32,000 bases of DNA from Lysobacteraceae bacterium. Its GTDB lineage: Bacteria; Bdellovibrionota; UBA1018; JAGTJX01. The stretch is from NCBI GenBank assembly GCA_023657465.1, contig JAGTJX010000003.1, positions 39,436 through 71,435 on the forward strand. The letters are read 5' to 3'. The translations under genes and the position numbers were made by a program. This document shows positions 9,443-16,636 of this stretch, one piece after another (position 1 is the first letter of the stretch; each line of letters opens with the position of its first letter). The notes beneath the pieces are model-generated. The model did not search any database. It was not told the origin of the DNA and saw only the letters and a program-made list of their open reading frames with translations.

Positions 9443-10132
9443 GTGTCCTTTAAAATCAGTGTATTAACGCTTTTCCCTGAAGTCTTTCGTGAGACTCTAA
9501 GCGCAAGCTTGATTGGCAAGGCCATCAAGAATCAGCATCTCGATATTGAAATCATTCAAATTAGAGACTCTGCGACCGACAGACATCGTTCGGTTGACGA
9601 TACTCCCTATGGCGGAGGAGAAGGCATGCTCATGCGTGCTGACGTTCTCTACAACGCTTGGAAGAGTATGGTTCCCGAGAAGTCGGGTGCAGTTAAAACG
9701 ATTATGCTCTCGCCCCAGGGGACGCTATTGACACAGGAAATTGCTAAGAGCTGGATGATACCTGTGCCTCAGTTTGAACATTTGGTTCTCGTGTGCGGCC
9801 ATTACGAAGGCGTCGATGAGAGATTCATCGAGCTCTGTGTGGATCAAGAGATCTCAGTTGGCGATTATGTTTGTACGGGTGGTGAGTTCCCCGCACTCAT
9901 CCTTATTGATGTCCTCTCAAGACTCATTCCTGGAGTAGTCAAGAATCCCGACTCAGTTTCAAATGATAGCTTTGAAGGAGGACTGCTTAAGTACCCTCAG
10001 TACACGAAACCTCAGACCTTCAAAGGACTCTCAGTCCCTGAAGTACTGCTCTCTGGAGATCACGCGAAGATCGCTACTTTCCGCGCGGAAGAATCTAGGA
10101 AACGAACGAAGAAGAAGCGTCCCGATCTATGA
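9443..10132 (+). CDS. trmD: tRNA (guanine37-N1)-methyltransferase TrmD
   Basis: TrmD motifs are present: FKISVLTLFPE, DDTPYGGGEGM, LVCGHYEGVDER, SVGDYVCTGGE. GTG start 4 nt after the rpsP stop. Confidence 0.95.
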   Translation: MSFKISVLTLFPEVFRETLSASLIGKAIKNQHLDIEIIQIRDSATDRHRSVDDTPYGGGEGMLMRADVLYNAWKSMVPEKSGAVKTIMLSPQGTLLTQEIAKSWMIPVPQFEHLVLVCGHYEGVDERFIELCVDQEISVGDYVCTGGEFPALILIDVLSRLIPGVVKNPDSVSNDSFEGGLLKYPQYTKPQTFKGLSVPEVLLSGDHAKIATFRAEESRKRTKKKRPDL

Positions 10133-10713
10133 ATCAATCCGTGAACATATACCTAGTCCTCCTGCATTATCCCATGACCAATCGTAATGGTGAGCGCGTG
10201 ACGACGTCTGTGACCAATATGGATATTCACGATATTTCGCGCACCTGTCGTACTTACGGGATTAAGAACTATTACATAGTCACGCCACTAGTCGATCAGC
10301 ACACCATTGTGGGGAGACTGCTTGACCATTGGAAGACCGAGAAGTCGCGTGAGTTCCATCCCGATAGAGTAGAGGCGCTCTCTCGAGTGAAGCTCCTCTC
10401 GAGTTTCGATGAAGTGATGGAAGACATTGCAGCTCAGAATGGGGGAGACAAAGCCGAAGTCGTTCTGACTGACGCCAGACCTCAGTTAGAGAAACAAATG
10501 AGCTACTCGGAGTATAGAGAAGTGTTGAAGAGCCCCACGCGCACCAGACCTTCGGTGATCGTGTTCGGCACAGGTTGGGGAGTGCATCCCAGTTTCCACT
10601 CCCGAGTCGATGTGATCTTAGACCCAGTATTGGGGTCTGAGGGTGCAGGGGGGTACAATCACCTCTCGGTACGGGCTGCAGTGGCAATTATTCTCGATCG
10701 ACTCTCATTCTGA
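10129..10713 (+). CDS. Conserved trmD-linked protein, putative SPOUT-like RNA methyltransferase (TM1570/PF09936-type, from memory)
   Basis: A 194-aa ORF overlapping trmD by 4 nt. The position between trmD and rplS matches a conserved protein seen in Thermotoga and delta-proteobacterial operons. The family assignment is recollection, not a search. Confidence 0.5.
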   Translation: MNQSVNIYLVLLHYPMTNRNGERVTTSVTNMDIHDISRTCRTYGIKNYYIVTPLVDQHTIVGRLLDHWKTEKSREFHPDRVEALSRVKLLSSFDEVMEDIAAQNGGDKAEVVLTDARPQLEKQMSYSEYREVLKSPTRTRPSVIVFGTGWGVHPSFHSRVDVILDPVLGSEGAGGYNHLSVRAAVAIILDRLSF

Positions 10714-10792
10714 ATACAAGTTGTAATCAGATTTGCAGCGCGTCGGTTGATTTCACTTTTGAAATACGCTTCAGTTAATATAGCTTCCGCTC

Positions 10793-11164
10793 ATGAAAAA
10801 AATACTATCTGCATTAGTCGTTCTTCTTTTTGTACTTACAAATGTTCAGGCTCAGGAAAATTCTGAACCCAAGTCAGCTCTTGATCTAGAGATCGACCAA
10901 CTCAAAGCATTCCGCACCTACTACAACGTACAGCTCGAGTCGCTCAGCGCACATCAGCTCGAAGTCTGGTATCACTCCAAAGAAAACCAATGGGAAATTG
11001 CACTCCTAGCGCTGAAGTCTAGCGACGATGCTTCTCAGATCAAAAAAGAACAGTACATCCCCAATCACACAGCATACGCAGGATGGCCACAGCCTGCGAA
11101 AGAATACACTCGCGTTCCTGAAAGATTCAACTCTATGAAGAAGAATACTCGAGAGTGCAGCTGA
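10793..11164 (+). CDS. Secreted hypothetical protein (possibly the N-terminal part of a disrupted gene)
   Basis: Clear Sec signal peptide MKKILSALVVLLFVLTNVQA/QE. See the finding on frame changes at 11120-11300. Confidence 0.6.
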   Translation: MKKILSALVVLLFVLTNVQAQENSEPKSALDLEIDQLKAFRTYYNVQLESLSAHQLEVWYHSKENQWEIALLALKSSDDASQIKKEQYIPNHTAYAGWPQPAKEYTRVPERFNSMKKNTRECS

Positions 11165-11362
11165 GTATCTTAAAAGCGGTCAAATCCATGGAGAAAAAAG
11201 TTCTCGCTGGAAAAACACCGAAGTCAAACTTGCCAAAAATCTTGAAGGCTAAAGGCTCAGCTGATTATCCTTCCTGTATCATCCCAAGACTTCTCGTTCA
11301 CTAAAGTAGAACCTAAAACGGGTATTCAGTTCGCATTTTCAGGTAACCTTAAAACCGGTGTT

Positions 11363-11617
11363 ATGAAAGTCGAAGTAAAAGATACTGCTGGAAACGTTCG
11401 AGGATTAGATAAGAAGCTTGATCGTAAATACTATACACTCACCGAAGTTTCTGGCGGAAGAGCCTTTATAGAGGGGTTTACAGAGTTTGAGAGGGATGAA
11501 AATGCCTCTTATGACGCTGATCAATTAGAGTTTCCTGGATCTGGGATCTATACGAGTTTTGATATCTCTCCAGGTCGTTTCGACGGGCTCCAATTCACCC
11601 TAAAAGGGATTAAATAG
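11363..11617 (+). CDS. Hypothetical protein fragment (possibly the C-terminal part of the same disrupted gene)
   Basis: Same reading frame as 10793..11164. The frame is already open and protein-like from about 11234 (..DFSFTKVEPKTGIQFAFSGNLKTGV-MKVEV..). There is no SD in front of the ATG. Confidence 0.4.
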   Translation: MKVEVKDTAGNVRGLDKKLDRKYYTLTEVSGGRAFIEGFTEFERDENASYDADQLEFPGSGIYTSFDISPGRFDGLQFTLKGIK

Positions 11618-11696
11618 GATAAAAACCTCCTTGCAGAGGATTGCTACCTGCGGTAAGTGAGTAGCTCGGTTAATTTTAAATAAAGGCGAATAACAC

Positions 11697-12155
11697 ATGG
11701 CACAAAAGAGATTTACAGTTAAGAACAGATCCAAAGGCAAAAATGCTCCTTCACGCGGCTTAGCTGCTAAGGTTGCACTCGCAGAAAAAATGATCAAAAG
11801 CGTAGAGCTCCCTGAGTTCAAAGCCGGTGACACTGTAAAAGTTCACGTAAAAATCATGGAAGGCGAAAAAGAGCGTATCCAGATTTACGAAGGCGTTGTG
11901 ATCGCTCGTAAGAATCATGGAAAAGGCCGTTCATTCATCGTCCGTAAGATTTCTCACGGCGTAGGCGTTGAGCGTATTTTCATGGAATCTTCACCAAGAA
12001 TTGCAAAACTAGACGTCGTTCAATCCGGTAAAGTACGTAGAGCAAAACTCTATTACATCCGTGGTCTTGAAGGTAAGAGTGCTAAGATTGACCGTGAAGT
12101 CACCACTCAAGCTGCAGCAGCTGCTTCTGAAGCAGCTTCTAAGACGAAGAATTGA
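11697..12155 (+). CDS. rplS: 50S ribosomal protein L19 with N- and C-terminal extensions
   Basis: The core [55 protein letters not shown]...RRAKLYYIR is canonical L19. It carries an extra basic N-terminus (about 20 aa) and an Ala-rich tail. Confidence 0.9.
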   Translation: MAQKRFTVKNRSKGKNAPSRGLAAKVALAEKMIKSVELPEFKAGDTVKVHVKIMEGEKERIQIYEGVVIARKNHGKGRSFIVRKISHGVGVERIFMESSPRIAKLDVVQSGKVRRAKLYYIRGLEGKSAKIDREVTTQAAAAASEAASKTKN

Positions 12156-12173
12156 TTTTATATAAAGTTTATT

Positions 12174-12213
12174 GAAAAGGCCTGGTTCCCAATCGGATTC
12201 ATGCCTTTTTTTT
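12174..12213 (+). terminator. Possible intrinsic terminator after rplS
   Basis: AAAAGGC ... GCCTTTT stem followed by a T8 run. The loop is large (about 21 nt), so this is weak. Confidence 0.35.
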
Positions 12214-12267
12214 GACCATTATTTGGTTTCTGGTGATAGAGCTAGCCCCACAAGGGGAATTAAAATC

Positions 12268-12849
12268 ATGAAAACAATCGTTCTGTTCATTTTGCTGGGA
12301 TTCACAAGCGCACAAGCCGCTGTAGTTAAAACCAAGTTCAAAGTTACGGGTCGTTACTACGATTCAACAGGTGACTCTAAGAAGCTAGTGAGAACTCGTA
12401 CGTTCATTAAGTACGACGATGCAGCTTCGATCTTGTCTGCAGGCGCGAGCGATAATTGCGAAGTCACTGTAGGGAAGAACGATATTGGAAGTCTTTGGAA
12501 TGGTGAAGAGAAGAGTCCTTGCGTATCGAGCAAGACTTTCGCGATTGTTCCTGAAGATGCGGTGATTGATATGTTTTATCAATCTGCGATTTTTGCAGCT
12601 TTTGACAGCGATTCAGTTTCACGAGTCACACGCATCTGGATGAATAGTAGAGTGATCAATGGATCCATGAACGCTGAGGCATCGAGCCTCTCGGGTACTT
12701 TGCTTTCTGTAGCCAGAAGTTACTTAGGTAAGGCTACAAAGACTCAAGTGGTTTCACTCAAGGGTGAGACTCAGTTTGAGATGAAGAGCCCATCAGGTGA
12801 ACGTCTGGTGATCAAGCTCACTCCTGTTAAGACTAAAGCAGTAAAATAA
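12268..12849 (+). CDS. Secreted hypothetical protein
   Basis: Start moved to the ATG at 12268, preceded by SD AAGGGG and followed by signal peptide MKTIVLFILLGFTSAQA/AV. The 32-codon upstream extension in the ORF track covers the rplS terminator. Confidence 0.7.
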   Translation: MKTIVLFILLGFTSAQAAVVKTKFKVTGRYYDSTGDSKKLVRTRTFIKYDDAASILSAGASDNCEVTVGKNDIGSLWNGEEKSPCVSSKTFAIVPEDAVIDMFYQSAIFAAFDSDSVSRVTRIWMNSRVINGSMNAEASSLSGTLLSVARSYLGKATKTQVVSLKGETQFEMKSPSGERLVIKLTPVKTKAVK

Positions 12850-12854
12850 AGTTC

Positions 12855-13514
12855 GTGAATCACTTCCCGACTCTCAAGATCGAACATGAATTCGGATATC
12901 CTAAGCGCACGATCATCGGTCTCGATGAAGTTGGACGGGGATGCATTGCGGGTCCCGTAGTGGCGGCAGCAGCGGTGTTGCCCGCTGGGTTAGAGTCTGC
13001 GCGTTCGTCTTGGAGTCCGGAATGGCTACGAGATGTCCAGGATTCGAAGAAGCTGTCGGTGCGAGCGAGAGAAGAATTATCTGAAAAACTCAAAGGTTGG
13101 CTCGCAGGTTACTCCGTTGCTTATTGTTCTAGTGATGAAATCGATGAGATCAATATTCACCATGCTTCGCTACTTGCGATGGACCGAGCACTTGAGGCAA
13201 TCCCTGCAAAGGATCGTAAGAACGCGTATCATCTGGTTGATGGAAAGTGGCTGACAAAGTCATTAAAGAGTTCCTCTGCTAAAGCCATAATCAAGGGTGA
13301 TTTGAAATGTCTTTCAATTGCCTGCGCTTCGATCATCGCTAAGGTTCACAGGGATCAGTGGATGGAGAGATTAGATCAAGAGTTCCAGGGCTACGGCCTT
13401 GCAAAACATAAAGGCTATCCCACAGCTGCGCATGTGAAGGCGCTCGGTACTCTCGGAGTCACGTCCATTCATCGCAAGACATTCGGTCCTGTGAGTCGCG
13501 CACTTCAATCTTAG
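12855..13514 (+). CDS. rnhB: Ribonuclease HII
   Basis: GLDEVGRGCIAGPVVAAA (DEVGRG active-site motif) and DSKKLS. Length 219 aa. Confidence 0.95.
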   Translation: MNHFPTLKIEHEFGYPKRTIIGLDEVGRGCIAGPVVAAAAVLPAGLESARSSWSPEWLRDVQDSKKLSVRAREELSEKLKGWLAGYSVAYCSSDEIDEINIHHASLLAMDRALEAIPAKDRKNAYHLVDGKWLTKSLKSSSAKAIIKGDLKCLSIACASIIAKVHRDQWMERLDQEFQGYGLAKHKGYPTAAHVKALGTLGVTSIHRKTFGPVSRALQS

Positions 13515-13859
13515 GCATAAGTTTTGCTGAGTAGATTAATGTCAAATCGAGCGGTGTAGAATTCCCAGAGTAGGCAGTTAGAGCTGTTTACTTTGGGAGA
13601 CCTACCTCTTTTCCAAAAGAAAGGAGTGATCTTATGAATAAAAACGTTTCACGACGCTATTAATCTTATCGGATCCAGATCGAGAAACTTAAGTTGATTA
13701 CGGCGTTACTAATGGTAATTGCTCGTATTCTGCTTTTTTTAATCGCGCTCATACACCTACAGAGGTGAGTGAGGAGGCTCAGGGATACAGCATTAACCCG
13801 GAGACACTCATGAATGAGTGCCGCTCGATTTGGCACCTTATTGTAGTCAAGGAGTGAAC

Positions 13860-14228
13860 GTGAAAGCAGATATTCCAAACACATCTACTCGTGGAGCACA
13901 GGCAGAAGAGCAAGTCGTTCTGTACTTGGAGCGTAGGCATCCGGATTTCAGACTGATCGGAAGGAACGTTCGTTTCAAGTGCGGGGAGATCGATATTGTT
14001 TATGAAAACATTCTTCCATCAGGTGCACGTGAACTCGTATTCGTTGAAGTGAAGTCGAGTCATGAATCGATGAAGATGGCTGTATGGAATTTCACACCAC
14101 AAAAGCGAATGAAGATGAATCGCGCAGTGCAAGTTTACTTATCTCAGTATAGTGGACGAGCCACAGAGATGCGAATGGAGCTAGCAGTGTGTGCAGGAGT
14201 AGAGACTCAATTGATTCCGATCTACTGA
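13860..14228 (+). CDS. yraN: YraN-family (UPF0102) endonuclease-like protein
   Basis: The pattern GAQAEEQVVLYLERR...CGEIDIVYE...VFVEVK is typical of UPF0102. Start is placed at the GTG at 13860, 5 nt after SD AAGGAG. The track start at 13818 is less likely. Confidence 0.8.
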   Translation: MKADIPNTSTRGAQAEEQVVLYLERRHPDFRLIGRNVRFKCGEIDIVYENILPSGARELVFVEVKSSHESMKMAVWNFTPQKRMKMNRAVQVYLSQYSGRATEMRMELAVCAGVETQLIPIY

Positions 14229-14593
14229 TCAAACCTCGTATTGCCCTTGTCGCCTGATTCAGAATCGAGGAAATCAAGTAAGCTCGTTTCATCGTAGGCT
14301 TTGAAAATCTTCTTAAACTCAGAACTCACGTTGATGATTCTCGCCTTCACAGGTGAGCGGGATTGAAAGTCTTTGATTGCTTGGACGAACATCGAGATGT
14401 GGCTTGAGCCTACGAACTTAAGCTCGAGCATATTGATCACGACATTGGGAGAAGTGCCGGCTGCAGTAAGAGCCGTAGCGTTTCGCATGATCTTGCTTAA
14501 GTCTTGCTTCAGCGAATCCTGGGCTTCGTAGTTGATGTTGCCGCCTAATTCGATTTCGATGGTGTTGCCTGTTTTTTGGATTTTGCTTTTCAT
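14222..14593 (-). CDS. STAS-domain protein (anti-sigma-factor-antagonist-like)
   Basis: The 123-aa version starts at MKSKIQK (ATG 14593, SD AGGGAGA upstream). The layout (IEIELGGNINYEAQDSLKQDL...LKFVGSSHISMFV) resembles SpoIIAA/STAS. The longer 214-aa ORF overlaps rsmI. Confidence 0.65.
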   Translation of the reverse strand: MKSKIQKTGNTIEIELGGNINYEAQDSLKQDLSKIMRNATALTAAGTSPNVVINMLELKFVGSSHISMFVQAIKDFQSRSPVKARIINVSSEFKKIFKAYDETSLLDFLDSESGDKGNTRFDQ

Positions 14594-14632
14594 GCTTTGA
14601 TTCTCCCTGTTTCCTAACTTAGTATCGGGATT

Positions 14633-15541
14633 ATGGGTGAAACAATAAAGAGGCATAGTTTGCCTAGTCTTAAGCCAGGATTTTATTTTGTTTCGACACC
14701 CATTGGGAACCTGGGCGATCTGAGTGCACGCGCGAGACAAGTGCTCGAGCAAGCAGACGTCATTCTCTGTGAAGACACGCGTTCTACTCTCGATCTCTAC
14801 CGAGCACTCGGTCTCACACCGAAGAAACTCCTGAGATCCGATCAGCATTCGACTGAAAATGATCAAAAACAGTTCGGCGAACTGTTTTTGAGTAGTCCAG
14901 GTATTTGGGCTGTCGTCTCAGACGCTGGAACACCCGGAGTCTCAGATCCTGGCGCTCTGATTGCGAGGCTAGCTGCTGAAGAAGGGATCGCACTCTTCAC
15001 CATTCCAGGCGCAAGTTCTGCTACAGCGCTGCTTTCGATTGCAGGATTTGAATCGACAGAATTTGCGTTTATGGGGTTTTTCCCTCGTGAATCGAAGGAA
15101 ATTATAAAAACGATTTCTTCTATTGAGGCTATTGAGCCGATCAAAACATTTATTTTCTTTGAGTCCCCTCACCGAATCGAAAACGCACTTGAGCAGTTAG
15201 AGAAGAATCTGAAAAAAGAAAACGGATGGATCATCGCCGTTGGAAAAGAACTCACCAAGCTCCACGAAAAGTTTTGGCGGGGGGATTTGGCGCAGGTCTC
15301 AGAGCAAATAAAAAATGAAGTACGTTCAGAAGGCGAGAGAGGCGAGTGGGTGTTCGCACTTCATAGAACATGTTATCAAATTGTGAAGGAGACTGAAGAT
15401 TCCAGTTGGATCAACGCTTTAGACTGTCTTCTTCACGCAGAAGTTTCAACTAAGCTGGCTTCACAAATTGTGAGCCGTCAATTTCATGTTCCTAAGAACG
15501 ATGTCTATGAGCTCGCAATCAAAAAAAAATCAAAAAAATAA
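14633..15541 (+). CDS. rsmI: 16S rRNA (cytidine1402-2'-O)-methyltransferase RsmI
   Basis: N-terminus FYFVSTPIGNLGDLSARARQVLEQADVILCEDTR and the SDAGTPGVSDPG motif are characteristic of RsmI. Confidence 0.9.
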   Translation: MGETIKRHSLPSLKPGFYFVSTPIGNLGDLSARARQVLEQADVILCEDTRSTLDLYRALGLTPKKLLRSDQHSTENDQKQFGELFLSSPGIWAVVSDAGTPGVSDPGALIARLAAEEGIALFTIPGASSATALLSIAGFESTEFAFMGFFPRESKEIIKTISSIEAIEPIKTFIFFESPHRIENALEQLEKNLKKENGWIIAVGKELTKLHEKFWRGDLAQVSEQIKNEVRSEGERGEWVFALHRTCYQIVKETEDSSWINALDCLLHAEVSTKLASQIVSRQFHVPKNDVYELAIKKKSKK

Positions 15542-15662
15542 TTGAACCGCTTGACCCAAGGCCTACTTCCCCCCAGACTTAAAAATGTGGTTGTGGAAAG
15601 AGTCCATGGATGGATTCTAGGAGAAAGCATCTTTAGATAGTTAGCAACACATAACGCTCCGG

Positions 15663-15705
15663 GCCCTGGCGATCTTATGGAAGATCAAATCGCCAGGGCT
15701 TTTTT
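15663..15705 (+). terminator. Rho-independent terminator
   Basis: GCCCTGGCGATCTT-ATGG-AAGATC-AA-ATCGCCAGGGC followed by TTTTTT. The outer stem is a perfect 11 bp, with an inner 6 bp. Confidence 0.75.
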
Positions 15706-15754
15706 ATTGATTATAGCTAATCCCCTCAGTTAACTTCATAGGGTAAAAAACTCT

Positions 15755-16636
15755 ATGGCATGGTTCGACGATCTTAAAACACCACGTGTTCAAAAGCAGG
15801 ATACGACCTCAAAAACTTCCCGTGTGCCAGAAGGCGCATGGAGCAAGTGTAATGAGTGTGGAGAGATCCAGCATTCCCGTATTTTAAGCTCAAATTTCAA
15901 TGTTTGTCCAATCTGTCAGGCCCATGGAAGGCTCACAGCTTGGGAGCGAATTAAGCTCATGACCGACGAGGGAGCGTCTGACTTCAAAGAATACGGTGCA
16001 AGCTTGATCTCAAAAGACCCACTCGAATTCGATGACACCGTTCCCTATAGGGTCAGATTAGAGAAATCCATCGGCCGTTTTAACCAAAATGACGCGATCA
16101 TTGCAGGCAAAGCTAAGATCAACAAAATTCCCTACCATCTAGCCGTGTTTGACTTCCAGTTTATGGGGGGCAGCATGGGTGTCGTCGTAGGAGAAAAAGT
16201 AGCCATGACCATGGCAGGCGCGCTTAAGGATCAAATCCCTGCAGTCATCGTCTGCGCATCAGGTGGAGCACGCATGCAAGAAGGTGTTTATTCACTTCTT
16301 CAGATGGCGAAGACTTCCTCTTTAGTGAGTCAGCTTAAGAAAAAAGGTATTCCCATGATCACACTTCTCACGAATCCCACAACGGGTGGCGTGGCAGCGT
16401 CGTTTGCGATGCAAGCAGATGTGATCTTAGCTGAGCCTAAGGCACTCATTGGGTTTGCAGGCCCCAGAGTGATCGAACAAACCATCAGACAGAAACTTCC
16501 TGAAGGTTTCCAGCGTAGTGAGTTCCTCCTCATCCATGGATTCGTCGATCGCATCGTGCACCGTAAGAATCTCAAGAAAGAATTATCAGACCTTCTTTGG
16601 CGTCTGGGAATGAGAACGTGCCGGTTCGGAAAATAA
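15755..16636 (+). CDS. accD: Acetyl-CoA carboxylase carboxyltransferase beta subunit
   Basis: N-terminal zinc ribbon CNECGEIQ...CPICQAHGRL, then the carboxyltransferase core FQFMGGSMG and GGARMQEG. Confidence 0.95.
   Translation: MAWFDDLKTPRVQKQDTTSKTSRVPEGAWSKCNECGEIQHSRILSSNFNVCPICQAHGRLTAWERIKLMTDEGASDFKEYGASLISKDPLEFDDTVPYRVRLEKSIGRFNQNDAIIAGKAKINKIPYHLAVFDFQFMGGSMGVVVGEKVAMTMAGALKDQIPAVIVCASGGARMQEGVYSLLQMAKTSSLVSQLKKKGIPMITLLTNPTTGGVAASFAMQADVILAEPKALIGFAGPRVIEQTIRQKLPEGFQRSEFLLIHGFVDRIVHRKNLKKELSDLLWRLGMRTCRFGK

Noticed and set aside
12172-12267. Upstream 32-codon extension of the 225-aa ORF
   Set aside because: It covers the putative rplS terminator. The internal ATG has an SD and is followed immediately by a signal peptide.
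13666-13884. 72-aa minus-strand ORF in the rnhB-yraN spacer
   Set aside because: It has no SD, overlaps the yraN start region, and has Cys/Leu/Ile/Arg-rich composition atypical of the neighbouring genes.
14594-14866. N-terminal 91 codons of the 214-aa minus-strand ORF
   Set aside because: This part overlaps the well-supported rsmI gene on the opposite strand. An internal ATG at 14593 with a good SD yields a compact STAS-size protein.
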